Positions 11,301 through 24,100 of a stretch of DNA of 64,000 bases are shown here, one piece after another (the first letter of the stretch is position 1; each line of letters begins with the position of its first letter). The notes under the pieces were generated by a model that was not told the DNA's origin, searched no databases, and saw nothing but the letters and a program-made list of their open reading frames with translations. The DNA comes from Antedon mediterranea (Eukaryota > Animalia > Echinodermata), in contig NC_092680.1 of the NCBI RefSeq assembly GCF_964355755.1, positions 9,362,001 to 9,426,000 of the forward strand, given 5' to 3'. Made by a program: the position numbers and the translations under genes.

Positions 11301-14027
11301 ATACGTACACATCCACACTCCAGATTATGGACGTTACACAGCGTCAATATTATACGTGTATAGCCAGTCACCAATTTACTAATTCAACTCAGACAGATAT
11401 TCTCTTACGTGTTAGAGGTAAGTTTTTTTAAAATATTTATTGGATTTTAGTTCATAAGGGTTATTAGGGAAGTTTTGATTTGCAACAACCAAACCAAGTT
11501 ATGTCAATTCATTGTGAGCATGCAGAGAAGTCGTGACATGCTTCCGCGTTTCGGTAGTTTCTAGATTCAGACGGTGACTGGCGACAAATCAATTGACCTG
11601 ACCTAACTTGTTCCAATAATATTTCGGTTTCCTTTCAACTTCATTATAAGACACGTTAAATCATTTTTTTTAAATACAAATTTAGAGTAAGATTATAATT
11701 CTTGTTGTTATTTTGTATTGTGTAGCAAAAGAACATCCATTGCATAGAGGTAAGGAATCTATTACTAAATTCCAAAATATATTGATTAAGGCCCATTTAC
11801 ACTAGGACGATAACTATCGACGATAAATAGACAAATGTGCATTTTTCATACATAAAACAAAAGAAATATAAACACTTTTCATTCTAGAATTGTAGAATAA
11901 CCATCTATGCTTCTTTTGATGAAAATTATATTTTCATTTTGATTGGAATTTTAAAAATATTATTTTTATCAAAGACAGCATAAATGATTATCCTATAGTT
12001 CTAAAACAAAGCCCTTTCTAATTTCTTTTGTTTTATTTTAAAAAAATGCATGCTTATATATTTATCGTTGATCGTTATTGTCCTAGTGTAAATGGGCCTT
12101 TACCTTGGATTGAAACATCACGGACCTTCCAACTTGGACAAATTAAATATCAGGAGCTTTCATGAAAGCATGAACTATAATGGGCGACATACATTAAAAA
12201 ATCTGAACATATTGGCATCCATAATACTGCAGTAAACACGGATAAGTCAGGTGTGCAAAATGGCGGAAAATCTGTTGCCAATTCATTATTTAACAAAATA
12301 ACAAATGAATTTATTAAACATTTTACAGACCAAGATCATCAGTATGTTTTCTAATCTTTTATCTTTATATTATGAAATTATGATTTTTTTAAGCATTATG
12401 TTGTTTATTAAAAAAATTGGGAGAAATTGCATTTTAGCAGGTGATGACAAGATATTAAGGAAAAAAACATGATTATCGGGAGAATTGGGAAATCTGACAT
12501 AGTATTGGTAATATATTAAGACGGTCCAATCTAATTTTATCCAGTGAATTACTGTATATTTAATGTACAATGCATCAATTTTAACATATTATTTTTAAAG
12601 AATTCTTATTATTAATATTGTATTTAATTTTTTAGTAATTATATTATACTTTAACACAATAGTTAGTTAGTTATTGATGGCGGCAACAACAAAATAAAGT
12701 TTATTTTTCATATTTAACAATGTCCACAAAGTTGTTTTGGCATTTTTACCTGTGGTGATATTAATATTATACCACTTCAATTCATACTTTAGGAGTAATT
12801 TTCTTTTAAAAGGATATTTAATTAGTAAGAATAATTTAATTTAAAAAAAATATTATTTTACTGTAATACATATATTTACTTAATTAATATTAATAAGGTT
12901 TGCATGGCAAATAAATACTGGTAAAGTAAAGCTCTGTCTACACTATCAAACTAGTGTGATGTGCCAAAATATGGTAGTGATATGACATCATGGATGATGT
13001 CCATATATGGGCACTTCACCCTAGTTTTATATAGTGTAGACACAGCTTAAGGGTACATATGACAGATTTCCAATTTTATGTTATATATTGCAAACCTTAC
13101 TTAATATATATTTATTCAATTATTAATATTTATACTGGCGATTGACATATAGTAGTAGGTTATAAAATATAAAATAAAATGTAAAAAATATAATAAAAAA
13201 TATTAAAAAAAACAATACTGTATGTTTTATATTAATTCATTTTATATTTGGTATTTTAAGTATGCTTTTTTTTACAATTAAAAAGTATTTATATTCATAT
13301 TCATAATTTAAGAGACACCTACAGTGGAGTTTCCTTAATAGGTGTGTCTCCTGAATAGAGTTTATTGGCTGTTGCAAGATACTTTTCCCTCGTACATCAT
13401 GAGAAAGCTTCTCATTAATATAGATGTACAAAAAGAGAGGTTCTACTGTTAATTGATTTTAAAGCATTTAAAAACAATTATTATGTTGATGACTACAGGT
13501 ACATATTATTATTATTATTATTATTATTTGATAAACTTTTTTCTTTACAGGCAAGTTAGCATGGCTTTGGCCATTCCTTATAATTCTTGGTATAAGCATA
13601 ATTCTAGCTGCTATCTTTGTAACTCTACATTTTAAAGAAGGCCGTGATGGTGATGAAGAGGAAGATGAAGAAGAAAGCCCAATGTAAATACATGTTTACA
13701 CACACACATATAAGTCTGTTTCACATTTAGGTGAATTGAAATTATGCATGTGCATACTTTTCATTTTCTCATCTGCCACTTTGTGTGATAAATGTTATGT
13801 GGGGTGTTATTTAGGGAAAAGTGCCTTTAGTGTGGTACTCTGTAATTATTTAGTTTATTTTTTGTTAATCAGTTTTTTTGGTGGGAGATAAGAATAAGAT
13901 AATGTATGACTAATTTATATATTTACCAAGTGACACTTGTAATGTAACTTATTGCTTTTTTTTTTAAAGGATATCTGGAAAACCCAAGAACATCCCTGCT
14001 GCTACCCCGGCTGACCCTGATGCATAG
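8395..14027 (+). CDS. Basigin/neuroplastin-like three-Ig-domain type I membrane protein (signal-peptide exon not located)
   Basis: Exons 8395-8703, 8991-9266 and 11130-11417 each encode one Ig domain (C...W...YxC) with phase-1 boundaries. Then an optional micro-exon 11726-11749, TM exon 13551-13683 and last exon 13970-14027 (stop TAG). The spliced junction reads LLRVR-GKLAWLWPFL, matching the basigin-family LRVR..LAALWPFL signature, followed by a hydrophobic helix and an acidic tail. Confidence 0.85.
9314..9593 (+). mobile_element. tRNA-derived SINE with LINE-like 3' tail
   Basis: Decayed tRNA-like head, central ggcaagacactt...cccaggtgtataaat core (also at ~57190-57430), tail ggcgctatataaat followed by (att)n. 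Confidence 0.55.
9882..11096. mobile_element. Second copy of the 4604-5278 MITE, interrupted by a LINE fragment
   Basis: Collinear with 4604-5278 over 9882-10390 and 11026-11096; ends ...cagtacgg|ta. Confidence 0.85.
10391..11025 (+). mobile_element. 5'-truncated CR1/L2-group LINE (C-terminus of ORF2 plus 3' UTR)
   Basis: ORF 10461-10847 has YIRPVVEYADVVW...IENVQKRACR...LETLAQRR, typical of the post-RT region. 7-bp TSD ATAAGCC at 10384-10390 and 11026-11032. Confidence 0.85.
11789..12099. mobile_element. PIF/Harbinger-type MITE
   Basis: TIR aggcccatttacactaggac / gtcctagtgtaaatgggcct; 3-bp TTA target duplication. Confidence 0.85.
12930..13047. mobile_element. Short Harbinger-like MITE; relatives near 9700-9803 and 17685-17780
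   Basis: agctctgtctacactat / atagtgtagacacagct inverted ends; shared core aaatatggtagt.atatgaca...gtccatatatggg. Confidence 0.6.
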
Positions 14028-17000
14028 GCATGTGTCCCCTGATGTGTCCCCAAATTTATAGGTATATGTAAACCTGTTGGTGTACCCCGATATATACTGT
14101 AGGCATATACAGTATACCCGGTTGCAGACCTAAAAGGCTAGTTGATATTTCCTGTTGTGGATGCTGATACCTACTGTAGGCGCGTGTTGCATTATTTAAT
14201 TTGTTAAACTATCTATATAGTACTGATGATGATTTTAGATTACTATGTAGTAGGCAGTGCAATGTAGAATTAACATATTTACTTCATTTAGTCATTTTAG
14301 GAGTGACTAAATTTTATTCAGTACATTTTTTCAGGACATATTATATATATATATTTGTCCTTTTCTATACATTTTGTAATAACAAAAGTAGGTTAATCTT
14401 TGTACAGTTTATACTGAAACTGTCTTTTGTTGATGCATGATGTTGATAAATGCTTTGTTTACAGAGTAACGATATCAAACATCTGGCATATGTGCAGACA
14501 ATTATATCACTAAATGTTGGTAATAGTTTTAATAAACTATGGGAACCATTATTATTATAGTGTCTGTGCAATGGTAAATGTAACTATTTGTATACAGGTA
14601 CTGTACCTCCATAGTTAATCTATGTAAAAAATGGGGATCAAATTTCAGGTGATAAAACAGGATTTTCTAATGTATATTTTGTACACTGTTTACAACACTA
14701 AAGGGATGCATTGTTAATCAACAGGAAATGATCTTTGTTAACATTATTTGATACTATCATTTCCTTGCCTACTAAATTAAGTGTGTTTGTACCATTGTAA
14801 CATGGGGTCCACTAATATGTTTAATAAGATAATACAAAACAAATCATGTTTCTAAATAGAGTTTTTGTTTATCTTCAGCATTCAATTGTATATTGTTTGT
14901 TGACATGGATTCTATCCTATCTACTGTAGGATCCACAAAATGAAACATGAAATATTATGATTATTATGATTTTAATAACCAGAAATATTTGCAAAGCTTT
15001 TGGGCAACACCTAGCCCTTCATCAGAATTTATATATATATATATAAAATATTTCCCATGAGACCATTATGTGCCCTAATGCCCATTTATTTATATATATT
15101 ATATATTTCACACAGTTCTGTGTGAAAGGGGCTTACTAACTAACCCCTGCACTATATACAGTCAACATCACTAACAGCTGAGTGTATTAGTAGACTAGTA
15201 GCACAGTGTATTATACCATAGATACTCCTCCACCTGAATTAAGATATTGTAGATAATGTAGTACTGTAATGTGAAAGTTGCATTTTGAAGGTGGTTTGTA
15301 CGGGCAGCCGCATTGCAATTTAAAGATAAATCATGCTTGCACAATAAATTACTTATGGTTTATGTAAAAGTTATTAAATATTTTTTAATCTATTAAAAAT
15401 GACCAGTCATTATTTGATCTTTAAATTTTGGAAATCCATCTCTAGTAATATTGTAAACAGTGTATTAACGACTAATAGTACTACTGGCAAGTGTGCCCCT
15501 AGAGCTATCCCGGATCTGCCCCTAAAAGGCATTTTTCAAATTTATTGCGACATTTCTCTAGGGCTTAAGCTTGGTTCGCACTAGAATGCAACACAAATAC
15601 GCAAGTGAATTTACCAATCACAATCAGTTTGGATAATCCACCTCTTAATTGGTGCAATTACTTGCATTGTGTTTATGTTGCATTGCATCCTAGTGGGAAC
15701 CAAGCATTATGCATTTCACAGTGTACTGTAGTTTTAGATATTATTAGATACTGTACCAAATTTACTGTTGCTATAATGTAAAATAATAGGAGTAACTATA
15801 GCTGCTATTTGTTTAATTTAATATATCCTGCCTGTAATATAAATTATTAAAATCATGTAAAAAATTATTTATACATGAGTTATGCATTTTTTAGTGTAAT
15901 TGATAATACGTTTGCATGTAATTGATAATATATTTTTCAAGTGTTTTGTAGAATGACTTTTATTTACCAATTTGTCACTGAATTCACAAAGTGTTTTTCA
16001 CATTGTGCTACTATGTGAATCTCAATAAGTGGCAACTTTAAAGTAATTATTAATCTGTATTACAATACTTATTATATTTATTTACGCTTACTTAATATGG
16101 TATAACAGTACCGGAACTACTTTCTTTTGCGGTTTTTATGGTAGGACTTTATGTAATTTAAAAGTTAGAAAAATTTATAGATTTGAACCAAACGAAATAT
16201 CACTACATATTGTTTACTATACTTAAAACTAGCTGGTAAAAATGGTAATATATTTACCAACTTGCAATTTGAAACTATTTGCAGGCTGAGTAATTGTTAG
16301 GGGATGAGCCTATGTTGTTAGTTGTGGTTGGTGCATGTTGTTGTTTCACATGCTGAGTCTTATATAGTATGTATCTAGATAAAAAAGATTATTTAATATT
16401 TAGAACACTTTTCCACTTCAAATATACTTGTACTTAGAAAGCATTTTCATAGTATTAATATAATGTATATTTTGTAATTAGTCAGTTTTCATGTTAGAAA
16501 TGTACTTTGGTAGTAATTTTTTGTATGTGGTTTTAACATTTTGCCTTTGGACACGTATGTTTTGGTACTAAGTATTGACTGTAATCTTATATCCAGCATC
16601 TACTAGCAAATTTTGTTTTAAATTTATTACTGTATTTGGTCGGTTGATGTCATCATTCTTTTTTTGTCTAACAGCATAATTAATTATCAGTTTGAAAATA
16701 TGTATGTTTGTCCCCTTCCAATGTACAGTATACCGTCCACACATACTGTACCCTTATCTGGTAATTAGCATAAAGTTGCTATTACAGTAAAACTCCTATT
16801 AAAGGGGACACCTACGGGACCTAACAAAGTGTAGTAGTAGTAGTAGTGTTAAAACATACCAAATCTCTCCCCTTTCCTAGTGTTGTTTTAAAGGATTAAA
16901 AAAGGCAGGATGTGGGGGTGTGTCCTACTGTAGACGCTAAGCTTTTTGTTTATTACAATGTAGAAGTTAATACATACATAACATCTATATCAAAAACAAG

Positions 17001-18176
17001 CTTTCTGCAGTAAATAACATGTTAAAGAGTAAGCAACATGTTACGTAGTTGCTACAGTAACTGTAGTAGAACAATGACCCCTAGTAGTAGTAGAATGTTG
17101 ACATTGCTCCTGATAAGTAGGCTGTGTACTGTACATCATATACACCAACACATTATCGTTTCAATCATGGTAATGGAATTAACTTTGTAATAATCAAATG
17201 ATACATATTACAGAAGACATTTTCTATTTAATAAGACAAAACATATTTCAATATACACGTGGGGCTTATTTATAATACATTCCGAAGTTTAATGTTTTAA
17301 AAATGTATTTCTTAATGTCTTAATATATGTGTTGTAGGGAGCTTTCAAATTATATTGCATCATGGGATTGGTTTTGCTATTTGTTATTGGAAATCTTAAT
17401 TTCATACATTATAAGATGACTCAGGAAAAGTACAACACTTCAAATTTCCTATTCTATTATGTGATATAGAGTTTTCCCTTTGTGATAACATTGTCAATCT
17501 ATTGTACAACATGCTTCCAAGCTGTCCACCTCAACACAGTTTAGATGCTTTCCAGTCCAGGTGACAACCGACGACTGGCTTGTTCCTTGTTGCAAATCAA
17601 AAGCTCCCTATGGTGCTACTTTGTGGACCTTGACGTTTATAACGGTTCAAATTTTGTAAAACAGTGGTTTATGTCTAAAAAAGTGTGATATGCCCAAATA
17701 TGGTAGTTATATGACACCATCGTGTCCATACAGTATATGGGTAGGCCCTACATCATATTTTTTGTCATATAAGTATGTAGGTACGTGTAATGTAAGAAAA
17801 TCGCAAGAAAACATATCGGGTGATCCATTGCTTATGGTTGATTGTGGGGGATCAAGGTTTGGACACTTTGTCAGTGCCACCATTTTAATGCCATATGGTC
17901 ACTTCATAGGTCTGGTCAATAACCAAAATTAGTTCTAGAATTGCCATTGTAGTTAGAAAGCTCTCTGTTATGATATACAGTATAACAATATTTCGAATGC
18001 TATCAATTCTACTGATTGTAGGTAAACGCCACAGAAAGTGTTGCTGTTTTTAATTAAAAGTACTGTTATGTGGGGGTTTGTGCTCTTTTTAATTGCATTA
18101 TGGTGTTTTGTAATAAAGTATACAATCATAGAGGTATTTGATTATCTCTATGAATTTGTGCACACTTAAAAGATAA

Positions 18177-19395
18177 TTATTGCTTACTGACGGATCATTT
18201 TAGGATTGAGTACTATTTCTTTGAGTATTGCCCACTGATGGATCTATTTAGGATTGAGTACTATCTCTTTGAGTATTGCTCACTGACGGATCTTCCTTTT
18301 AGGATTGAGTACTATCTCTTTGAGTATTGCTCACTGACGGATCTTCCTTTTAGGATTGAGTACTATCTCTTTGAGTATTGCTCACTGATGGATCCTTTTA
18401 GGATTGAGTACTATTTCTTTGAGTATCGATCACTGACGGATCCTTTTAGGATTGAGTACTATCTCCTTGAGTATTGCTCACTGACGGATCATTTTAGGAT
18501 TGAGTACTATCTCTTTGAGTATTGCTCACTGACGGATCTTCCTTTTAGGATTGAGTACTATCTCTTTGAGTATTGCTCACTGATGGATCCTTTTAGGATT
18601 GAGTACTATTTCTTTGAGTATCGCTCACTGACGGATCCTTTTAGGATTGAGTACTATCTCCTTGAGTATTGCTCACTGACGGATCATTTTAGGATTGAGT
18701 ACTATCTCTTTGAGTATTGCCCACTGATGGATCTATTTAGGATTGAGTACTATCGCTTTGAGTATTGCTTACTGACGGATCATTTTAGGATTGAGTACTA
18801 TCTCTTTGAGTATTTCCCACTGACGGATCATTTTAGGATTGAGTACTATCTCTTTGAGTATTGCTTACTGACGGATCCTTGTAGGATTGAGTACTATCTC
18901 TTTTGAGTATTTCCCACTGATGGATCTATTTAGGATTGAGTACTATCTCTTTGAGTATTTCCCACTGATGGATCTATTTAGGATTGAGTACTATCTCTTT
19001 GAGTATTTCCCACTGATGGATCTATTTAGGATTGAGTACTATCGCCTTGAGTATTGCTTACTGACGGATCCTTTTAGGATTGAGTACTGGCTCTTTGAGT
19101 ATTGCACACTGACGGATCATTTTAGGGAGTATTGAGTACTATCGCTTTGAGTATTGCACACTGACGGATCATTTTAGGATTGAGTACTATCGCTTTGAGT
19201 ATTGCTCACTGATTGATCATTTTAGGATTGAGTACTATCTTTTTGAGTATTTCCCACTGATGGATCTATTTAGGATTGAGTACTATCGCTTTGAGTATTG
19301 CCCACTGATGGATCTATTTAGGATTGAGTACTATCTCCTTGAGTATTGCACACTGACGGATCATTTTAGGGAGGATTGAGTACTGTCTCTTTGAC
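18177..19395. repeat. 51/54-bp minisatellite (about 23 units)
   Basis: Unit ttttaggattgagtactatctctttgagtattgctcactgacggatc(ttcc); it generates the FRIEYYLFEY pseudo-ORFs. Confidence 0.95.
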
Positions 19396-19876
19396 TTTAA
19401 TTAAGTACTTGTGTATTATGTAATAGCCTTTATTATTTTCACAAATTATGCATATTTAATATTTGAAGGAATAAAGCCTCTTTGAATTCACAATTCTCTT
19501 TTGTATCATTGGTTTGAAATAATCATGCGTAAGGCAAAGCGTTATCCACGACAAGGTATACCAGGCAAGATTCAGATTACATTGTAATGTCATCTTGAAG
19601 GGCATTGGCGGCTTTGGTGGATTCTTTTCCGAGGAGAGTATTGATGATAGCCTTAGCCAAATAAAATCATGCCTGTCACTATCTTGACTTTGTAATTAGA
19701 CTGTAGAAAGTCACTGTTTATTTTATAAAATGTAATCAATAATTGTCTTCTTTGTGGTGTAATTAAAGATTGCTGAAATTGATTGTATGACAGCAGTAAT
19801 ATGTGTTACATAACTAGACCTTGAGCGTTTAATTGCGAATGTTTATTATCATTAATTAGAGAGTTGCACTGTTTTG

Positions 19877-20610
19877 CGTCGTAGAACCAGTTGGTAGGTT
19901 ATTAAATCCACGTCCTAAAAAGGGGATTCCCTACTTGTATATTAACATATTTATATTTGCTAACAAAATATTCAAAAAATCACTATCAACAATATGGATT
20001 TTGGGTCATGACGACGCAAAGGGCACACGAATCCGATTTACAATGGAGTCCAAGCCAATTACCAGCGTTCCGCAACCTTTTTTGACCACGACCCCATGAT
20101 CCTATTTTGGGAATTTTCTTGTTTTCAGCACATAAAAATAAACATATTAACCATGGTGGCCCTGTGGCAAAGCGAATTTTGTTAATTGACAACACCCCTT
20201 GCTGGTAATGGTACTCTCGCACGTAAAATTATGATAAATGGCACCTCTAGTTGGCTGGAAATGACACTCTAATAATAGCGCGCTCGCAATGGGGAAAATG
20301 ATCGTAGCCAGCTACTTTTTCCGCCGGTAAACACATTTGCGTTCAATGCTAACGTCAAAGGGTTCTCCCGAACCATAAAAGCCTGAACAACATCGCTTGT
20401 AATTTGGGATGGACCTGTTTTTATTGTTCTTTCTATTATTCTAATGTTCATTCTAAAAGTTCCCACCGCCGGTACGCCTACATCAAAGTTCGCAGTTTTT
20501 CAGTCAAGTTACACACTCCTTTGAAAACTACAGAAAAATAGCGTCGTAGAACCAGTTGGTAGGTTATTAAAACCACGTCCTAAAAGGGGATTCCCCACTT
20601 GTATATTAAC
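19877..20610. repeat. Unclassified interspersed repeat bounded by ~70-bp direct repeats; partial inverted copy at ~31928-32270
   Basis: gcgtcgtagaaccagttggtaggttattaa...ggggattccc..cttgtatattaaca at 19877 and 20541. The reverse complement of ~20160-20610 occurs at ~31928-32270. Confidence 0.7.
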
Positions 20611-21193
20611 AGCGAACTATGCGTCAACAGCGTCCATTGCCCCGTCGTCGATTCCCAATTGTGTAGGCCTACTGTACGCTACGGACTCGCTGCACGTCAA
20701 CATAGGGAAAACTGTAAATGTAAAATGTAATCAGTGTTGTAGATTCTACAAAAACTGAAAACATAAAAAGTTTCAGTATTGGAAACATTCGCGAACCATC
20801 AATTTTTTTTCGCGACTTATAGGTTGCGGAACGGCGAATTACAGGGTGGATGACATATCATGCTTTAAAGTCTCATTCGAGGCTAGGGAGTGGAGGGTGT
20901 AAAAAGAGTCATTAGATAAGCCTACAATTACCCTGGCACCCAGTCAAGAAAGTTAACGAATAATTGTTGTGTCTGCATGAAAAGCCTCTTAAAAATAAAA
21001 TCAGCGCGAATCAAAGTTGATTTGTGTTTTGTGATACAAATAAATTCAAGTTAAAAATAAGTTTATAAAAAAATAAAACGATAGACAAATACGGAATAAT
21101 CTACACTGTATTTCATTATTATATCATTTCGTATATTATTGTTGAATTATGGTATTAATACTGTTTGTATTGGTATTCGATTTTCCGTTTTCT

Positions 21194-24100
21194 TTATACC
21201 GTTTCGTTTATAATCATTGCTTCAGTTACAGATATGACTTGCTCCTCTTCGTCCTCCTCGTTTTCGCTGCTGAAATACATAGATAATAATGGTAATTATA
21301 TATAAACTAAATTAGGTTCATTTTTTTTTCTCGCTGAGCAATGGTTGCAGCAACAGCGCATATTAGTTTGAACTGAAAACAGTACTTAAAAAACTTTAGT
21401 GCTGAGAAAAGACCATTACGTTATCATTGTTTGCTCGACATCCTCTATAGACAGCAGCGTCTATGAGGAAGATACGTAGCTGGTTTCTGTTAAATCTGGC
21501 TCATGTGAAGAAATCGGTTCCTGCCTTTGTGGAATGAGAAACCCATGCTTTATCAAATAAATTTATCTTATAAACTTACAAGTAGTCGGCATCGGATGGT
21601 ACTTGAAATAGAACGCTGACCTTTTTCGACGATGAATTTGTGTTTTTACGTATGAGACTAGCTGATCTTCCGATCTTTTTTAGGCGTCTGATTGCAATCT
21701 CCTCCATAGTCTTGCGAATTGATGGGTATTCTCTGACAACGCTTTGAAAGTTTTCTACTGACAAGGAGAATAGGGAACAGTACGTCTCGGCACGGATACT
21801 TGCTACTCGTCGTTCTCTAGTGAGCAGACAAATTTCTGAAAATAATTATGTAAATTATATTTAGGAGGCCCGGACAGAACAGTCGACTTTTCGCAAACAA
21901 TGAATGAACGAACATTCGCAAAAAACTCCACTTCTTTAATCAATTCACCTTTACAGGTTCATTCCAGGTACACACTTTGTTTGACGATCTTAAGGCCATC
22001 TCAATTGCTATTATTGTTGTTGTTATTGTTATTCTTCCGTTTCACGGAACGGAAGACAGTGCCGTTTATGTTAACGTCTTCCGTTACGTGAAACGGACCA
22101 CTTAGTGTAATGTAGCTTTTAGTAAATAAAGCTGGTAGTTAACCACAAAAGATTTAAAAAAAAGTAATGTAGCTTTACAACGATCTTGAATTGTAATTGC
22201 AACAATGCTAGTAGTTTACCTCCGAAGTATGAACCATCAGACAGTGAGGTAGCAACTTGGCCTTCTTGTGTGAGTACATCCACTACGCCTTGTTGTATAA
22301 AGAACATACTTTCGCCAAATGTGCCTTCACGAACGATGTAGTCACCCGGTTGAAATACTTCGTATTTGAGATGCGTTACAACTTTCGTCACAAAGTTTGG
22401 ATCTGCGTTCATAAAAAACGGAACTGACGAAACGAGAGAACGGCAGTTGTAGTTTGCAATAGTCTGGAAAATGCAAATCACAAATGTTCAGAAAGTGAAA
22501 TATAAAAGATCCTCTGATCAGTTACGAAATAAAAGACGACACATAGAACCAATATGGCGTCATGATCAACACAACTTGTTCATTTGGCATTAATTTTGAA
22601 TGGTACCTCACTCATCTATGCTATCCCCATTTTAGGCCCTCCCCCGGGGGTCTGGCGGGTCTATTGCAGCAGACAAAAAGTCTGTCGTTTGTGATACTGG
22701 TATAAGGATGCCAATGGGCATCCCATGGTGTTAAAATTTGGTGGTATCTCTCTCATCTAACCGGTGCCGATTTTTGAGCACCTTCGTGGTGCCCCCGGTC
22801 TAGACACAGCAGGGGGTACCCGGCAGACTCCCATTTTCATTGACTTTAAGTGACCCCAACACACTTAAATAGTCAGATATTGGTACCTAGCTCATCTAAC
22901 CAAATGTCTCTGGGCTGCCTGTCTATGTCATTATTGTAATCAGGTAGGACGTAACCGTGCTCAATTTGCTAAGTTTTTATTGAAAGAGGCAATTTGTGAC
23001 TAACCTCTTTTAACACTTGTGAAACTTCTTCAAATATAACTTCTTCATCAAACATTTTGCCGTGGTAACGGTATTCATAGTAATCGGTTATCTTCTCTCT
23101 CAATTCTTTTGAGAGTTTGCGATTCGCCATATATTCTTCCACTTGCTTAACCTAAAAAATAGACACATAATATACAGTAGTAACATTATGATATTGTTAG
23201 GTTAATAGAGAAGGTACATTATTATGCCTTGCTTTAATTATAGTAAAATCGCCGAGCCAGCAGAACAAATAACACATTGTATGTACATTTACAATGCCGC
23301 GAGAGGCCAGATTCCTAATGATTAGACAATACTTTTCCCACACTTTTGAGAGGCCTCTCCATAAAATCGCGATGCCTCTCAACTTCCCATAGACTAGAGG
23401 ATTCCTGATTGTTTACATTATTGTTACATTACCTTTTCTCTATATTGACGACTTGATGAGTCCATAGATTGAATGATAGTTGTAGCATGGCCGATGAACA
23501 GTGCGAAACATGTAGCACCAGATATCATACTGATGATCGTAAGCCATACGTCACTCATACTCTGAGGTGGAAACCTACCGTAGCCAATACATAGCATATG
23601 TGACATTGCCTTGAATAAAGACCATGTGTACTGGTCAACCCATGCAGCGTTCTTTAAAAGGGAACACAAATACGTACGTCACACATTATTTTGTACATAT
23701 TATGTTGCATGTTATTGAATTAATCTTCCATGGTTATTTAACTGCCTCGCGTATGACAAGCATGTCGTATGCGTGCACTGGAAGAAGACCAGCTTAATTT
23801 TATATGAAAACTGGCTGCAAAAGATACCTTACACTGAAAATTACACGCGTAATAAAAATGGGATCTAAAAAATTGGTTAACAATACGAGCATGTTGTAGG
23901 CCTAATTATGACGTGGAATTGTGACCAATTGCTCTTACCTCCAGATTGTTAATAGTAACCCATGATTTGGCTGGATAGTCTTGAAGCTTAGGAACCAAGA
24001 ACTGTAAGCAACCATTCCAGTGACTGATAAGCACCATCATGCAGACTAAGTTGAAAATGCGAATAACAGCACCGGCAATATTGAAAGTCTATGAAAGAAA

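Noticed and set aside
18238-19135. 222-aa and 82-aa FRIEYYLFEY ORFs
   Set aside because: They are translations of a 51-bp minisatellite, broken by a 1-nt indel, with no splice context or domain.
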